Assembly: GCA_028703495.1 (NCBI GenBank)
Contig: JAQVMT010000002.1
Coordinates: 85,177 to 149,176, forward strand
Direction: 5' to 3'
DNA from: Clostridia bacterium
GTDB lineage: Bacteria > Bacillota > Clostridia > Christensenellales > CAG-314
Length of the DNA stretch: 64,000 nucleotides
The translations under genes were made by a program, and so were the position numbers. Within the stretch, counting starts at the first letter, position 1. Each line of letters begins with the position of its first letter. Under the pieces are notes generated by a model that saw only the letters and a list, made by a program, of their open reading frames with translations, made no database searches and was not told where the DNA came from. Shown piece after piece: positions 17,558-26,624 of the stretch.

Positions 17558-17669
17558 GGTTCGCATCATGACTACTTCAGAAAAATTATTAAAGGGGCTA
17601 ATGCTTGTATAATGGTGCGCATCATACTTATAAAGATATTTTACGATAGGAGCTAATGCTTGTATAAAT
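17558..17669 (+). repeat. Roughly 56-bp tandem duplication covering the ybeY translation-initiation region
   Basis: Unit 1 is 17558-17613 and unit 2 is 17614-17669. They share GGT(T/G)CGCATCAT at the 5' end and an identical 16-mer GCTAATGCTTGTATAA (17597-17612 and 17652-17667). Each unit ends in an ATG. Confidence 0.7.
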
Positions 17670-18129
17670 GATAATTAATTTTTACGGCTTCGGCAAAGAG
17701 AATAAAGAGAGTATCGGCGCGGTCTTAGAAAAGGCTTGCGCCTACACGGGACAGAACTCCGACTGTTTGGAACTGGGAATAAGAACAGCAGGGAGACAGG
17801 CTATAAGGGAGCTAAATAATACCACTCGCGGTGTGGATAAGGTCACCGATGTTTTGAGCTTTCCCGAAATTGAAGTCAAAGGGAAGATAACTCCTCAAAA
17901 ATACAAATTCGACGTGACTGAGAATGGTTGCGTCAACATCGGCGACATTGTGATCTGTATGGCGAGAATGAAGGAGCAGGCAAAGGAGTATATGCACAGC
18001 GAAGAGCGTGAGTTGTGTTTTTTGGCTTTGCACGGATTCCTACACTTGCTAGGATATGATCACATAGAACCTGCCGACGAAACAAAAATGCTTAAAGCGC
18101 AACGCGACATCTTGGGTGACCTTGTGTAG
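17668..18129 (+). CDS. ybeY: rRNA maturation endoribonuclease YbeY
   Basis: The zinc-binding motif HGFLHLLGYDH is present, with a size of 153 aa and a position between pgpH-like and era. Confidence 0.9.
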   Translation: MIINFYGFGKENKESIGAVLEKACAYTGQNSDCLELGIRTAGRQAIRELNNTTRGVDKVTDVLSFPEIEVKGKITPQKYKFDVTENGCVNIGDIVICMARMKEQAKEYMHSEERELCFLALHGFLHLLGYDHIEPADETKMLKAQRDILGDLV

Positions 18130-18386
18130 CTATTGCATGCCACACTGAACGTTGCCACCTTATACGGTTAATACTTACTAAAAATCGAATGGAAATGTCG
18201 GTTCTCACGATAAATCCTTGTGTAGCTTTACCGGTTGTAATTATGAGTTATTAAAAGAGACGGTTTAACTCATAATGTACATCCATCGAGTAAATTCTGC
18301 TTTCAGCAGTAATCGTGCGAAAAACGGCTTAATCTCGGATTCAGAGAGAAAGAATATCGAGTTATTAAAAGAAAAGGAAGGAAATA

Positions 18387-19286
18387 ATGATAAAATCGGG
18401 TTTTATTGCAATAGTCGGAAGAGCTAACGCGGGCAAATCTACGTTGCTCAACTGTTTGATCGAGCAGAAGGTGTCCATAGTCAGTCCAAAACCACAGACG
18501 ACGAGGAATAGAGTTTTAGGGATTTGGACGGAGGATGACTATCAAATGGTATTCGTAGATACCCCGGGAATTTTCAACCCCAAAAATAAGCTAGGCGATT
18601 ACATGTTAAAGAGCATCGACAATGCCACAAAAGACGTTGATTGCATACTTGCCGTAATCGATGGGCACGACGGAATTGATGAGAAGGAGCTGGACGTTGC
18701 GATAAAGTACGTTAGTACGGGGATTCCTGTGGTTGCGGTGGTTACCAAGCAGGATATTTCTCAAAAGGAAACGTTAATAAACGAGCTTGCAAAGCTGAAC
18801 GCAATTGAGGGGCTACAAAGTGTTTGGGTGGTTTCTGCACATAAAAATAAGAACGTTAAGGAATTGCGTGAGGAGCTGAAGAAGTACCTTAAAGACGACG
18901 TTATGTACTTTGAAAAGGACGATGTCACGGATAAATCACAAAGGTTTATGGTTTGTGAGATTATACGCGAAAAAATACTTTTAGGTACCGATGAGGAAAT
19001 TCCTCACGGCATCGGCGTTGAGCTCAATAAAATGGAGTATAATCCCAAAAGGGATATTTGGAGTATCGATGCGAATATCATAATTGAAAAAGCATCGCAC
19101 AAGCCAATAATTTTAGGAAAGCACGGCGCAAAAATCAAGGAGATCGGTAGCTATGCTCGTCAGTCTATGGAAAAGCTTTTAGGAACGAGAGTTTTTCTAC
19201 AGCTTTGGGTGAAGATTAAACCCGACTGGCGCAATAGTGACTTTATGCTTAAGGAAATAGGATACGACAAAAAGGATTGCCAATAG
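18387..19286 (+). CDS. era: GTPase Era
   Basis: G1 GRANAGKST, G3 DTPG, G4 TKQD, and a C-terminal KH domain (IIIEKASHKPIILGKHGAKIKEIG). Confidence 0.92.
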   Translation: MIKSGFIAIVGRANAGKSTLLNCLIEQKVSIVSPKPQTTRNRVLGIWTEDDYQMVFVDTPGIFNPKNKLGDYMLKSIDNATKDVDCILAVIDGHDGIDEKELDVAIKYVSTGIPVVAVVTKQDISQKETLINELAKLNAIEGLQSVWVVSAHKNKNVKELREELKKYLKDDVMYFEKDDVTDKSQRFMVCEIIREKILLGTDEEIPHGIGVELNKMEYNPKRDIWSIDANIIIEKASHKPIILGKHGAKIKEIGSYARQSMEKLLGTRVFLQLWVKIKPDWRNSDFMLKEIGYDKKDCQ

Positions 19287-19483
19287 GCAGCCGAATCGAT
19301 TTTTTCGATGTGGTTTTCACTTAGAGTACAGTCCGAACAATCGATTACATCTAATAAGGTAGTGCGAATATATATTTTGTAGGTTTTGTTCAATATTTAA
19401 GCTTCGTTTATAGAAAAAGTAATACTTTTTCTTCAATATTCCATACTAACAGAAAGGCTATGCCTTAACAAAGGAGTAACAGT

Positions 19484-19597
19484 ATGGACAACAGGAGAAA
19501 AAAGGAAGAAGCTTGGGCTATGTTCGTCGCTACGGGGCATCCCCGTTATTATAATTTATATTGCGAATACCGCAAGGAGGAATACGGAAAGCGGTAA
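19484..19597 (+). CDS. yqzL: YqzL-like small protein (37 aa; below the ORF-track cutoff)
   Basis: ATG at 19484, 7 nt after AAGGAG (19471-19476). The translation is MDNRRKKEEAWAMFVATGHPRYYNLYCEYRKEEYGKR*. The W..F..TG....Y.L..E pattern and the era-recO position match Bacillus yqzL. Confidence 0.5.
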   Translation: MDNRRKKEEAWAMFVATGHPRYYNLYCEYRKEEYGKR

Positions 19598-19617
19598 TTA
19601 TCGCAAAGGTAGTGCTT

Positions 19618-20301
19618 ATGCCTCTGATTATTACAAAAGCCATTGTTATAAAGGCGAAGGATTACGGCGAATACGACAAGTTGGTTACGCTGTTTTGTCC
19701 CGATTCGGGTAAGCTTACGGTAAAGGCAAGGGGAGTCTTGCGCGAAAAAGCTAAATTGAAGTTCGCAGTTATCCCCTTTAACTACGGCGAGTACGTTTTG
19801 GCGAGCAAAGGCGATTATCTAAGTCTTTCAAATTGTACGCAAATTAGGAGCTTTTACGCTCTAAACCGCAACTACGACGTTTTCAAATGCGCCTGTACTG
19901 CTCTTAAGGTGTTGGATGTAATATCAGGTGAAGGCAATCGTGAGGTATTCGAGGAAACCTTGAATTTTTTGACGGCGTTATGCGAGAGCGATGCTACCGA
20001 CGGGCTTCTGCTTAAATATATGACGGATATGCTTGAGCTTTTGGGCTTTTTGCCCGATTTAAGCGGATGCGTATGCGGCAAGAACCAAGGAAAGCTATAT
20101 TTCGACAGCTGTAACGGACTTACGTGTGAGTGTTGCAAGGGTGAAAGCGATACGCTTATCGCTCCAAAACAGCTTCGAATTATTAGCGATTCCTTACATA
20201 AGGGCTACGCAGAGGCGAAAATTGGAAATGAGGCACACGAGAGCTGCGTCAGGCTGATAAAGGACTTTTTCAACGCAAAAATAGATGGAGCGAATATTTA
20301 A
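19618..20301 (+). CDS. recO: DNA repair protein RecO
   Basis: The OB-fold N-terminus AIVIKAKDYGEYDKLVTLF and a Cys-rich zinc module (CVCG...CECC) are present, with a position after era and yqzL. Start moved to MPLIITKA. Confidence 0.85.
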   Translation: MPLIITKAIVIKAKDYGEYDKLVTLFCPDSGKLTVKARGVLREKAKLKFAVIPFNYGEYVLASKGDYLSLSNCTQIRSFYALNRNYDVFKCACTALKVLDVISGEGNREVFEETLNFLTALCESDATDGLLLKYMTDMLELLGFLPDLSGCVCGKNQGKLYFDSCNGLTCECCKGESDTLIAPKQLRIISDSLHKGYAEAKIGNEAHESCVRLIKDFFNAKIDGANI

Positions 20302-20525
20302 TTGATCTCGAAAGCTTCGATGCCCTAAACGATGCTCAAAGCTCAATAAAGAGATGCTTATTGAAAGATTGTTTATTTTGGCTACATGTGCGTATATCAA
20401 ATGGGATATTTTGATTCTTTCGTTAATTTTGTCAATTGCTTAAGCAAATTCCACTGTGGAACTTACTTTGGCAATTAACTTATATAAAATAATGTCAACT
20501 ATATGGAAAAATGTTTGCAAAACAT

Positions 20526-20554
20526 TTGACAAAAAACGCTCTATTTGTTAAAAT
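20526..20554 (+). promoter_or_regulatory. Candidate promoter for rpmF (TTGACA-N17-TAAAAT with upstream TG)
   Basis: TTGACA at 20526-20531, TGT then TAAAAT at 20549-20554, about 70 nt upstream of the rpmF ATG. Confidence 0.5.
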
Positions 20555-20627
20555 ACTTCTTGCGTGTGTTTAGAGTGAGTTTATATGCGTTACTCGATAC
20601 ACTTTGTAATTTACGGAGGTGAAACTG

Positions 20628-20816
20628 ATGGCAGAACCAAAAAGAAAAACTTCTAAACAAAGGAAGCACAAGAGAGTTGCCAATTGGAAACTTTCCGCTC
20701 CTACTCTTATGGAATGTCCGCAATGTCACGAGATGAAACAGACTCACAGAGTTTGCAAACATTGTGGATTTTACGACGGTAAGCAGATAGTAGAAGTTAA
20801 ACAGGAAAAAGAATAA
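20628..20816 (+). CDS. rpmF: 50S ribosomal protein L32 (zinc-ribbon C+ form)
   Basis: MAEPKRKTSKQRKHKR..., CPQC...CKHCG. ATG 7 nt after GGAGGT. Confidence 0.9.
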   Translation: MAEPKRKTSKQRKHKRVANWKLSAPTLMECPQCHEMKQTHRVCKHCGFYDGKQIVEVKQEKE

Positions 20817-20931
20817 TGGTTAGGCAGTAATGCCGAACGGTTGTCAAGATAAAATATCTTGGTGACTTCGGGCGGTCCGCTGGCGAAGATTGCGCCATGA
20901 ACGCTTAGTAAAAATGGAGGAAAAGTCAGAT

Positions 20932-21276
20932 ATGGATATTATCAATTCAATTGAAAAAGAAAGCTTGAGAGAAGATGTACCTCAATTTGAGGTCGGCGAT
21001 ACGGTTAAGGTTTTCTTCAAGGTTATCGAAGGTAATAAGGAAAGAGTGCAGGCTTATGAGGGAATTGTAATTGCAAGAAAGCACGGCGGTCTTCGTGAAA
21101 CCTTTACAGTTAGAAGAATTTCTTCGGGTATCGGCGTAGAGCGTGTGTTCCCTTTGCATAGTCCGAAAATCGAAAAGGTCGAGATCGTTCGCAAGGGCCG
21201 CGTAAGACGTGCCAAGCTTTATTATTTAAGAGATAGGACTGGTAAGGCTGCCAAGATTAAAGATAGAGTTAGATAA
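20932..21276 (+). CDS. rplS: 50S ribosomal protein L19
   Basis: [12 protein letters not shown]...[45 protein letters not shown] is the canonical L19 sequence. Start at MDIIN, 8 nt after GGAGGA. Confidence 0.92.
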   Translation: MDIINSIEKESLREDVPQFEVGDTVKVFFKVIEGNKERVQAYEGIVIARKHGGLRETFTVRRISSGIGVERVFPLHSPKIEKVEIVRKGRVRRAKLYYLRDRTGKAAKIKDRVR

Positions 21277-21308
21277 GTATTATCTCAATATTTTATACTT
21301 TGATAAAT

Positions 21309-21335
21309 AGAGTAACTTCGGTTACTCTTTTTTTT
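21309..21335 (+). terminator. Rho-independent terminator after rplS
   Basis: Stem AGAGTAAC / GTTACTCT with a TTCG loop, followed by a T-run (21329-21335). Confidence 0.8.
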
Positions 21336-21656
21336 ACCGAAAATGAATGTGATATTACGATATCCGGATAGTATATCGAACAGGGCGTTTTTTAGTAAAA
21401 CTAGATTTACATTGCTTTTAGCGAAACTTCCGACAATGATTCGATGAACAACTTTTTGCACAAAGCAAAAGGAAATATCATATAATAAACCTATCGGAAG
21501 TGTACTCGATTATCGACATAATTACGCATTATTTGTACTGTTATAGATGATATTGCCGGATTATCGACGCGTATTTGTGTAAATTATCGTAAATAATCGT
21601 AAATGAATCGTATACTTCGCAAGGACTAGGATAGCGTAATCGGAAAAGGTGGTATT

Positions 21657-22982
21657 ATGATATTATTCGGTACTGATGGTGTCAGAGGAAAATACGGTGA
21701 TTTTATAAGTGAAAAGAATGCCTACAAACTCGGTTTCGCTTCAGCCTCGCTATTTGCACAGACTCGCCCCCTAATAATAATCGGACGTGACAGTCGGGTT
21801 CACAGCGAAAGCTTATTAGATGCATTTGCATACGGTGCATGCGAAGCAGGAGCGGAGATTATCAATATTGGGATTCTTCCAAGTAATGCCGTATCTTACG
21901 CTACGCGAGCTTTCGGCGGAGCATTGGGAGTGATGGTTACGGCAAGTCACAATGCCCCCGAATATAACGGCTTTAAATTCTTTAATAAATATGGTATTAA
22001 GCTATGTCAGCAAAAAGAGAGCGAAATATGTGTGCTTTTTGATAAAGCAGATGCGAATCGCTTCGTATATGCTTCTTTCCCTCCGGTCTCAACAGCTCGT
22101 GATATGTATGTTGAATATGTAATGAACGTAATCGGTTTCAATATGCATAACCTGCCGATTGATTTAGATTGTTGTTTCGGTTGCGCATGTCACGTTGCGG
22201 GAGAGATATATTACAAATGTAATGCCAAATATCGAGCTTTCAATAACGTATATGATGGTGAAAGGATTAATGTAAACTGCGGTGCAACATATAAGAGCTT
22301 TGCGCCTAGAACTGATAACAGTTTAGGTGAAACAGTCCTTGAGTTTGCATTCGATGGTGATGCGGATAGATTGGCGGTATTTGAACACGGACGTTTATTA
22401 AGCGGTGAACATTTGCTGTATTGCATTATCAAGTATTTCAACGAGCATGGAATGCTGAATAAGAGAATTGCGGTTGGAACTCACCTCACCAATGCGGGAC
22501 TAGAAAGAGCGTTTGCAAAATTACAGATAGTGCTTCTTAGAAGCGATGTAGGCGATAGAAACGTATTGGATCTGTTGCTCAAAAGCGGAGCGCAAGTCGG
22601 CGGTGAAAGTAGCGGACATTACATTCTTCCCCAATTCGCTATGGGAAGTGATGCAATAATCAATTCCTTGCTTATATCCAAGATTTATTCAGAAAAAGGA
22701 AGCTTATATGAATACTCAAAAGAGCTTATTCTTAATTCGACATTGAGTGAAAGTATCAATATATATGATTATTCTTCATCTAAAATCGACAGGGCAATAG
22801 TCAATACTTATATAACAATAGCAAAGAGTAAAATATTCGACGCGACACAGAATGAAAGGTTTTTGATTAGAAAAAGCGGAACCGAAGATCTGATAAGGCT
22901 ATATGTAGAAAGCAACAGTGACGATATAAAAGGCAAAATGGCATTCATTAAGAAAACTATATGTTCCAATATCACTGAATAG
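21657..22982 (+). CDS. glmM: Phosphoglucosamine mutase (alpha-D-phosphohexomutase family)
   Basis: FGTDGVRG N-terminus, active-site loop TASHNAPEYNGFKF, and the FDGDADR metal loop. It lies directly upstream of glmS. Confidence 0.85.
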   Translation: MILFGTDGVRGKYGDFISEKNAYKLGFASASLFAQTRPLIIIGRDSRVHSESLLDAFAYGACEAGAEIINIGILPSNAVSYATRAFGGALGVMVTASHNAPEYNGFKFFNKYGIKLCQQKESEICVLFDKADANRFVYASFPPVSTARDMYVEYVMNVIGFNMHNLPIDLDCCFGCACHVAGEIYYKCNAKYRAFNNVYDGERINVNCGATYKSFAPRTDNSLGETVLEFAFDGDADRLAVFEHGRLLSGEHLLYCIIKYFNEHGMLNKRIAVGTHLTNAGLERAFAKLQIVLLRSDVGDRNVLDLLLKSGAQVGGESSGHYILPQFAMGSDAIINSLLISKIYSEKGSLYEYSKELILNSTLSESINIYDYSSSKIDRAIVNTYITIAKSKIFDATQNERFLIRKSGTEDLIRLYVESNSDDIKGKMAFIKKTICSNITE

Positions 22983-22995
22983 GAGGTATAATGCA

Positions 22996-24867
22996 ATGTG
23001 CGGTATTTTCGGATACATAGGTCAAAAGCCCGCTGTTGACCAACTTTTACTCGGGCTAAAGGTGCTGGAATACAGAGGATATGACTCCGCGGGTATCGCC
23101 GTATTGAACGATAAAGGTAGCATTAATATACTAAAAAGAGAAGGCAAGATAATCAACCTGCTAAATGCGTTTAAATCTTTAGAAAAGAACAAGATTTATG
23201 CCTCTCAATGTGGAATCGGTCATACGCGCTGGGCTACACATGGAGGAGTAAGTTCTAATAACGCACATCCACACATTTCGTACGGAGGCAACTTCGCAAT
23301 TGTACATAACGGAATAATCGACAATTACCGCGAAATAAGAAATATGTTAACAAATGAACAACATATAGAATTCGTTTCGCAGACCGATAGTGAGGAAATT
23401 GCTCATCTTCTAGAATTAGAGTTTTCCAAAAGATATTCCGATATTATTCGCAGTGAATCAACCCAGCGCGAACGGCAAAAGGCAGTGTTAGACTGCATTA
23501 ACGTAGTTGCCGATATACTTAAAGGTTCCTTTGCAATAGGTGTTATATGCGCACTTACGCCAAATTGTATTTATGCATACAAGAATCTATCGCCTCTTGC
23601 TGTAGGAAGAAACAGTAGTGGCGAAATGTATATGTCAAGCGATCTTCCCACGCTATGCAATTTTTGCGAAACAGCATATGCTTTGAGCGATGGCGAAACT
23701 GCAATAATCTGTAAAAGAGTTGCGTTCTTTGATAAGGGAATCGAAATACAGAAAAAACCAATTCGACTCAACAAAGAAAAGAATACGGAACGAACATCCG
23801 ACTGCAAGCACTATATGGAGAAGGAAATACTCGAGATTCCTGATGCAATTCTTCGAACAAAAGATAAGCTTTCTTTAAATTATATGAGGGATACGCTTCC
23901 ATGGCTAACCAAAAAGCCTGAAACCATCTATTTTTTAGGTTGCGGAACGGCTTTTCATGCGTGTATATTCGCTTCTTATTATACTGAAAAAATCTGTAAA
24001 GTTTATTGTAAAGCAATTCTTGCAAGCGAGTTTATTTGTCAAGATGTCAAATTGAATGACAGTACTGTTTGCGTATTCATAACTCAAAGCGGTGAAACCG
24101 CCGACACTCTTCAAGCAATTAGAAAAGCCAAACAATTCGGAGTGCGAACTATAGCAATAACAAACGTCGCACTAAGTTCAATTTGCTCAATTTCAGATTC
24201 GGTGGTTCCCACAATGGCGGGAGTCGAGCTTGGAGTTGCATCGACCAAAGCGTATAACGCGCAGCTTTGCGCAGTAGTACTTCTTGCGGTTTACTTCGAT
24301 ATTTGTGATTGCATCGACTTTCGACACTCGAATTACGCCGAAATACAAAGCACTATTACAGACATAGCAAATCGTATAAATGCCTTAAATTCGGGAAAAT
24401 CGAAGATTGAGGAGATTGCAAAGACGCTTCGAAGAAGCGACCGTATTTTCTTTATTGGTAGAGGCTTCGATTATGTAACGGCACGTGAGGGCGCATTGAA
24501 GTTGAAAGAAATCTCATATTTGTACTGTGACGGCTTATGCGGAGGAGAACTCAAACACGGCACATTGGCACTAATAAGTAAAGATGTCTACGTAGTAGCA
24601 GTTGCCACGCAAACCGATTCAATGAAAAAAATGTATAATGCTGTGGCAGAGGTCAGAGCAAGGGGAGCAAAGTGTATATGTGTTAGCTGTTTTGAAAAAT
24701 TGAATGAGGTTAGCGACGTTTTTATTCCTATCGAGCACGTTGAAGAAACAATGAGTCCGATTTACTCAATCGTTCCGTTGCAGCAATTAGCATATCTTAC
24801 CGCGGTTTCGTTTAGCTTGGATCCCGACAAGCCTCGAAACTTAGCTAAATCGGTTACTGTTGAATAA
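22996..24867 (+). CDS. glmS: Glutamine--fructose-6-phosphate aminotransferase (isomerizing)
   Basis: MCGIFGYIG Ntn-amidotransferase start, two SIS domains, and the C-terminus ...PRNLAKSVTVE, which is canonical for GlmS. Confidence 0.93.
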   Translation: MCGIFGYIGQKPAVDQLLLGLKVLEYRGYDSAGIAVLNDKGSINILKREGKIINLLNAFKSLEKNKIYASQCGIGHTRWATHGGVSSNNAHPHISYGGNFAIVHNGIIDNYREIRNMLTNEQHIEFVSQTDSEEIAHLLELEFSKRYSDIIRSESTQRERQKAVLDCINVVADILKGSFAIGVICALTPNCIYAYKNLSPLAVGRNSSGEMYMSSDLPTLCNFCETAYALSDGETAIICKRVAFFDKGIEIQKKPIRLNKEKNTERTSDCKHYMEKEILEIPDAILRTKDKLSLNYMRDTLPWLTKKPETIYFLGCGTAFHACIFASYYTEKICKVYCKAILASEFICQDVKLNDSTVCVFITQSGETADTLQAIRKAKQFGVRTIAITNVALSSICSISDSVVPTMAGVELGVASTKAYNAQLCAVVLLAVYFDICDCIDFRHSNYAEIQSTITDIANRINALNSGKSKIEEIAKTLRRSDRIFFIGRGFDYVTAREGALKLKEISYLYCDGLCGGELKHGTLALISKDVYVVAVATQTDSMKKMYNAVAEVRARGAKCICVSCFEKLNEVSDVFIPIEHVEETMSPIYSIVPLQQLAYLTAVSFSLDPDKPRNLAKSVTVE

Positions 24868-24928
24868 TTAGAGATTCGGTAGATAGAATTAGTAATAAAA
24901 AGGCTTTCAAAATAGATATATCTTTAAA

Positions 24929-24957
24929 TTGACATCGCTCGATAGTTATGATATACT
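24929..24957 (+). promoter_or_regulatory. Candidate promoter for the membrane kinase-fusion gene (TTGACA-N17-TATACT)
   Basis: TTGACA at 24929-24934 and TATACT at 24952-24957, followed by a leader of about 60 nt with an imperfect hairpin (CGATTAATCGGGC...GCCCATAATCG) just before the GGGGAG RBS. Confidence 0.5.
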
Positions 24958-25019
24958 TTGAATCATCTAATGCAAAAGCGATTAATCGGGCGATATGCCC
25001 ATAATCGGGGAGATTTTTG

Positions 25020-26501
25020 ATGCCCATTATCTGGGGATATGCGATATCTGTTTCATATCTAATCTTGCTTTTCGGGTTAACTTGGGTTTTGGAGAAGAAA
25101 TTTAAAGTTTCTGTTGAGCACGGACGAAAGATTCTGCATACATTACTTGGTCTTGTATGGTTTATATTGGTGCGGTTTTTTGGTTCTTCGTTCCACTTGA
25201 TTGTATTACCAATCATTTTTGTATTTATTAATGTTGTTTCTTATAAAACCAAGCTAATATCGATTATGGAAAGGGGACAGGATAACCACCCCGGAACGAT
25301 ATATTTTGCGATTTCAACTGTTATACTGACTTCTTTGTGCGTTTTTGACAGTGGATTGACCTCTATTTGTGGAATGGCGGTTTTAATTCTGTCGATAGGC
25401 GATGGTTTTGCGGCAATTTTCGGAGGAATCAAGCGCGGAAATCGAACCATTTACCGCAAAAAAACTCTTTTCGGCTTTCTAGCCTGTTTCTTGGCTTGTT
25501 TTACAATATGTCTGGCTTATATGCGGTTTATTCAATTGCCCATTCTTTGGCTGATTGCTTTACCGTTAACGCTTGCCTTTATAGAATTGTTTTCAGACCG
25601 TGGATTGGATAATTTAACACTGCCTCTGTTTACGGTATTTTTAATAGATTCAGTGCAAATGCGGTTAGTGGGTAACTCGTGTGCGATTGCCTTGATATCC
25701 GGCTGCATCTTGATATTAATTATTTTGCTTGCCCGTAAGGGACTTACGCAAAATGGTGCGTTTGCAGCCTTTCTATTAATGTTTGGCTCCTCGTTGTCAG
25801 TAGGAATATTCGGAGTATTGGTATATATTATTCCATTCTTAGGTGCTTTGGTAATTAGCTTAATTGTAAGGCGAATTGCAATTCATCGAAACAAAGAGGA
25901 AAGAATTGATCGGCCGATTACCTACAATTCTCATAAACGAAACGCCATGCAAGTATTTTGCAATGGTGCAATTGCATATATTGCTCTGATTATTTATTAT
26001 TGTACAAACAATAATGTATACCTTATTACGGCAGCCATTGTGATAATCTCAAGTTTTTCGGACAGTGTTGCATCCGACATCGGCGTGTTCTCTAAGCGTT
26101 TACCCCTAGATATCGTAACCATGAAGAATACCGAAGTTGGACGCTCGGGAAGCGTAAGCCTTTTGGGTTGTGCTTCTTCGCTGTTTGCTTGTATTGTTAC
26201 ATCGATTGTCCTTAACGTCGTTTATTACTTAATTAACGGGGCGTTCTCTTGGCTTGTATTGGCTGTTGTGGGGGTTATCGCCTATTTCGGAGTATTTATC
26301 GACAGCATATTCGGAGCGACGATTCAGGCCAAATTTCGTTGTATAGAATGTGGAAAGATAGTCGAAAAAAGAATCCATTGCGGTCAAAAAGCCGAGCATG
26401 TGAAAGGCGCCGCGTTGTTGGGAAATAACGCAATCAACTTCCTAACGTCGCTTGTCGTTGCAATCATTTCCGTCATTATTTTATCTATCATTTTTAGTTA
26501 A
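25020..26501 (+). CDS. Polytopic membrane fusion protein: N-terminal polyprenol (phytol/dolichol) kinase-family domain plus C-terminal DUF92 (TMEM19/VTE6-family) domain
   Basis: The N-terminal half has EHGRKILH, SIGDGFAAIFGG...KKTLFGF and DRGLDNLTLP, as in the CTP-dependent polyprenol kinase / CDP-diglyceride synthase superfamily. The C-terminal half has RNAMQVFCNGA, SDSVASDIG, GRSGSVSLLG and DSIFGATIQ plus a CxxC...HCG insert and NNAINF, as in DUF92. Confidence 0.7.
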   Translation: MPIIWGYAISVSYLILLFGLTWVLEKKFKVSVEHGRKILHTLLGLVWFILVRFFGSSFHLIVLPIIFVFINVVSYKTKLISIMERGQDNHPGTIYFAISTVILTSLCVFDSGLTSICGMAVLILSIGDGFAAIFGGIKRGNRTIYRKKTLFGFLACFLACFTICLAYMRFIQLPILWLIALPLTLAFIELFSDRGLDNLTLPLFTVFLIDSVQMRLVGNSCAIALISGCILILIILLARKGLTQNGAFAAFLLMFGSSLSVGIFGVLVYIIPFLGALVISLIVRRIAIHRNKEERIDRPITYNSHKRNAMQVFCNGAIAYIALIIYYCTNNNVYLITAAIVIISSFSDSVASDIGVFSKRLPLDIVTMKNTEVGRSGSVSLLGCASSLFACIVTSIVLNVVYYLINGAFSWLVLAVVGVIAYFGVFIDSIFGATIQAKFRCIECGKIVEKRIHCGQKAEHVKGAALLGNNAINFLTSLVVAIISVIILSIIFS

Positions 26502-26624
26502 CCCTTACCGTCTAGGATTGGCGCTCAAAACCGAACGCGCAACCCTAATAAGTATGAAAAATCTCTACAAAATGCTTAACCATATTAAGAAGCATGTAGT
26601 ATTGATTTGATCCGGTTTTTTATT

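Noticed and set aside
21340-21656. glmS ribozyme upstream of the glmM-glmS operon
   Set aside because: I could not find the conserved ribozyme core, so the region is treated as protein-regulated promoter DNA instead (see findings).
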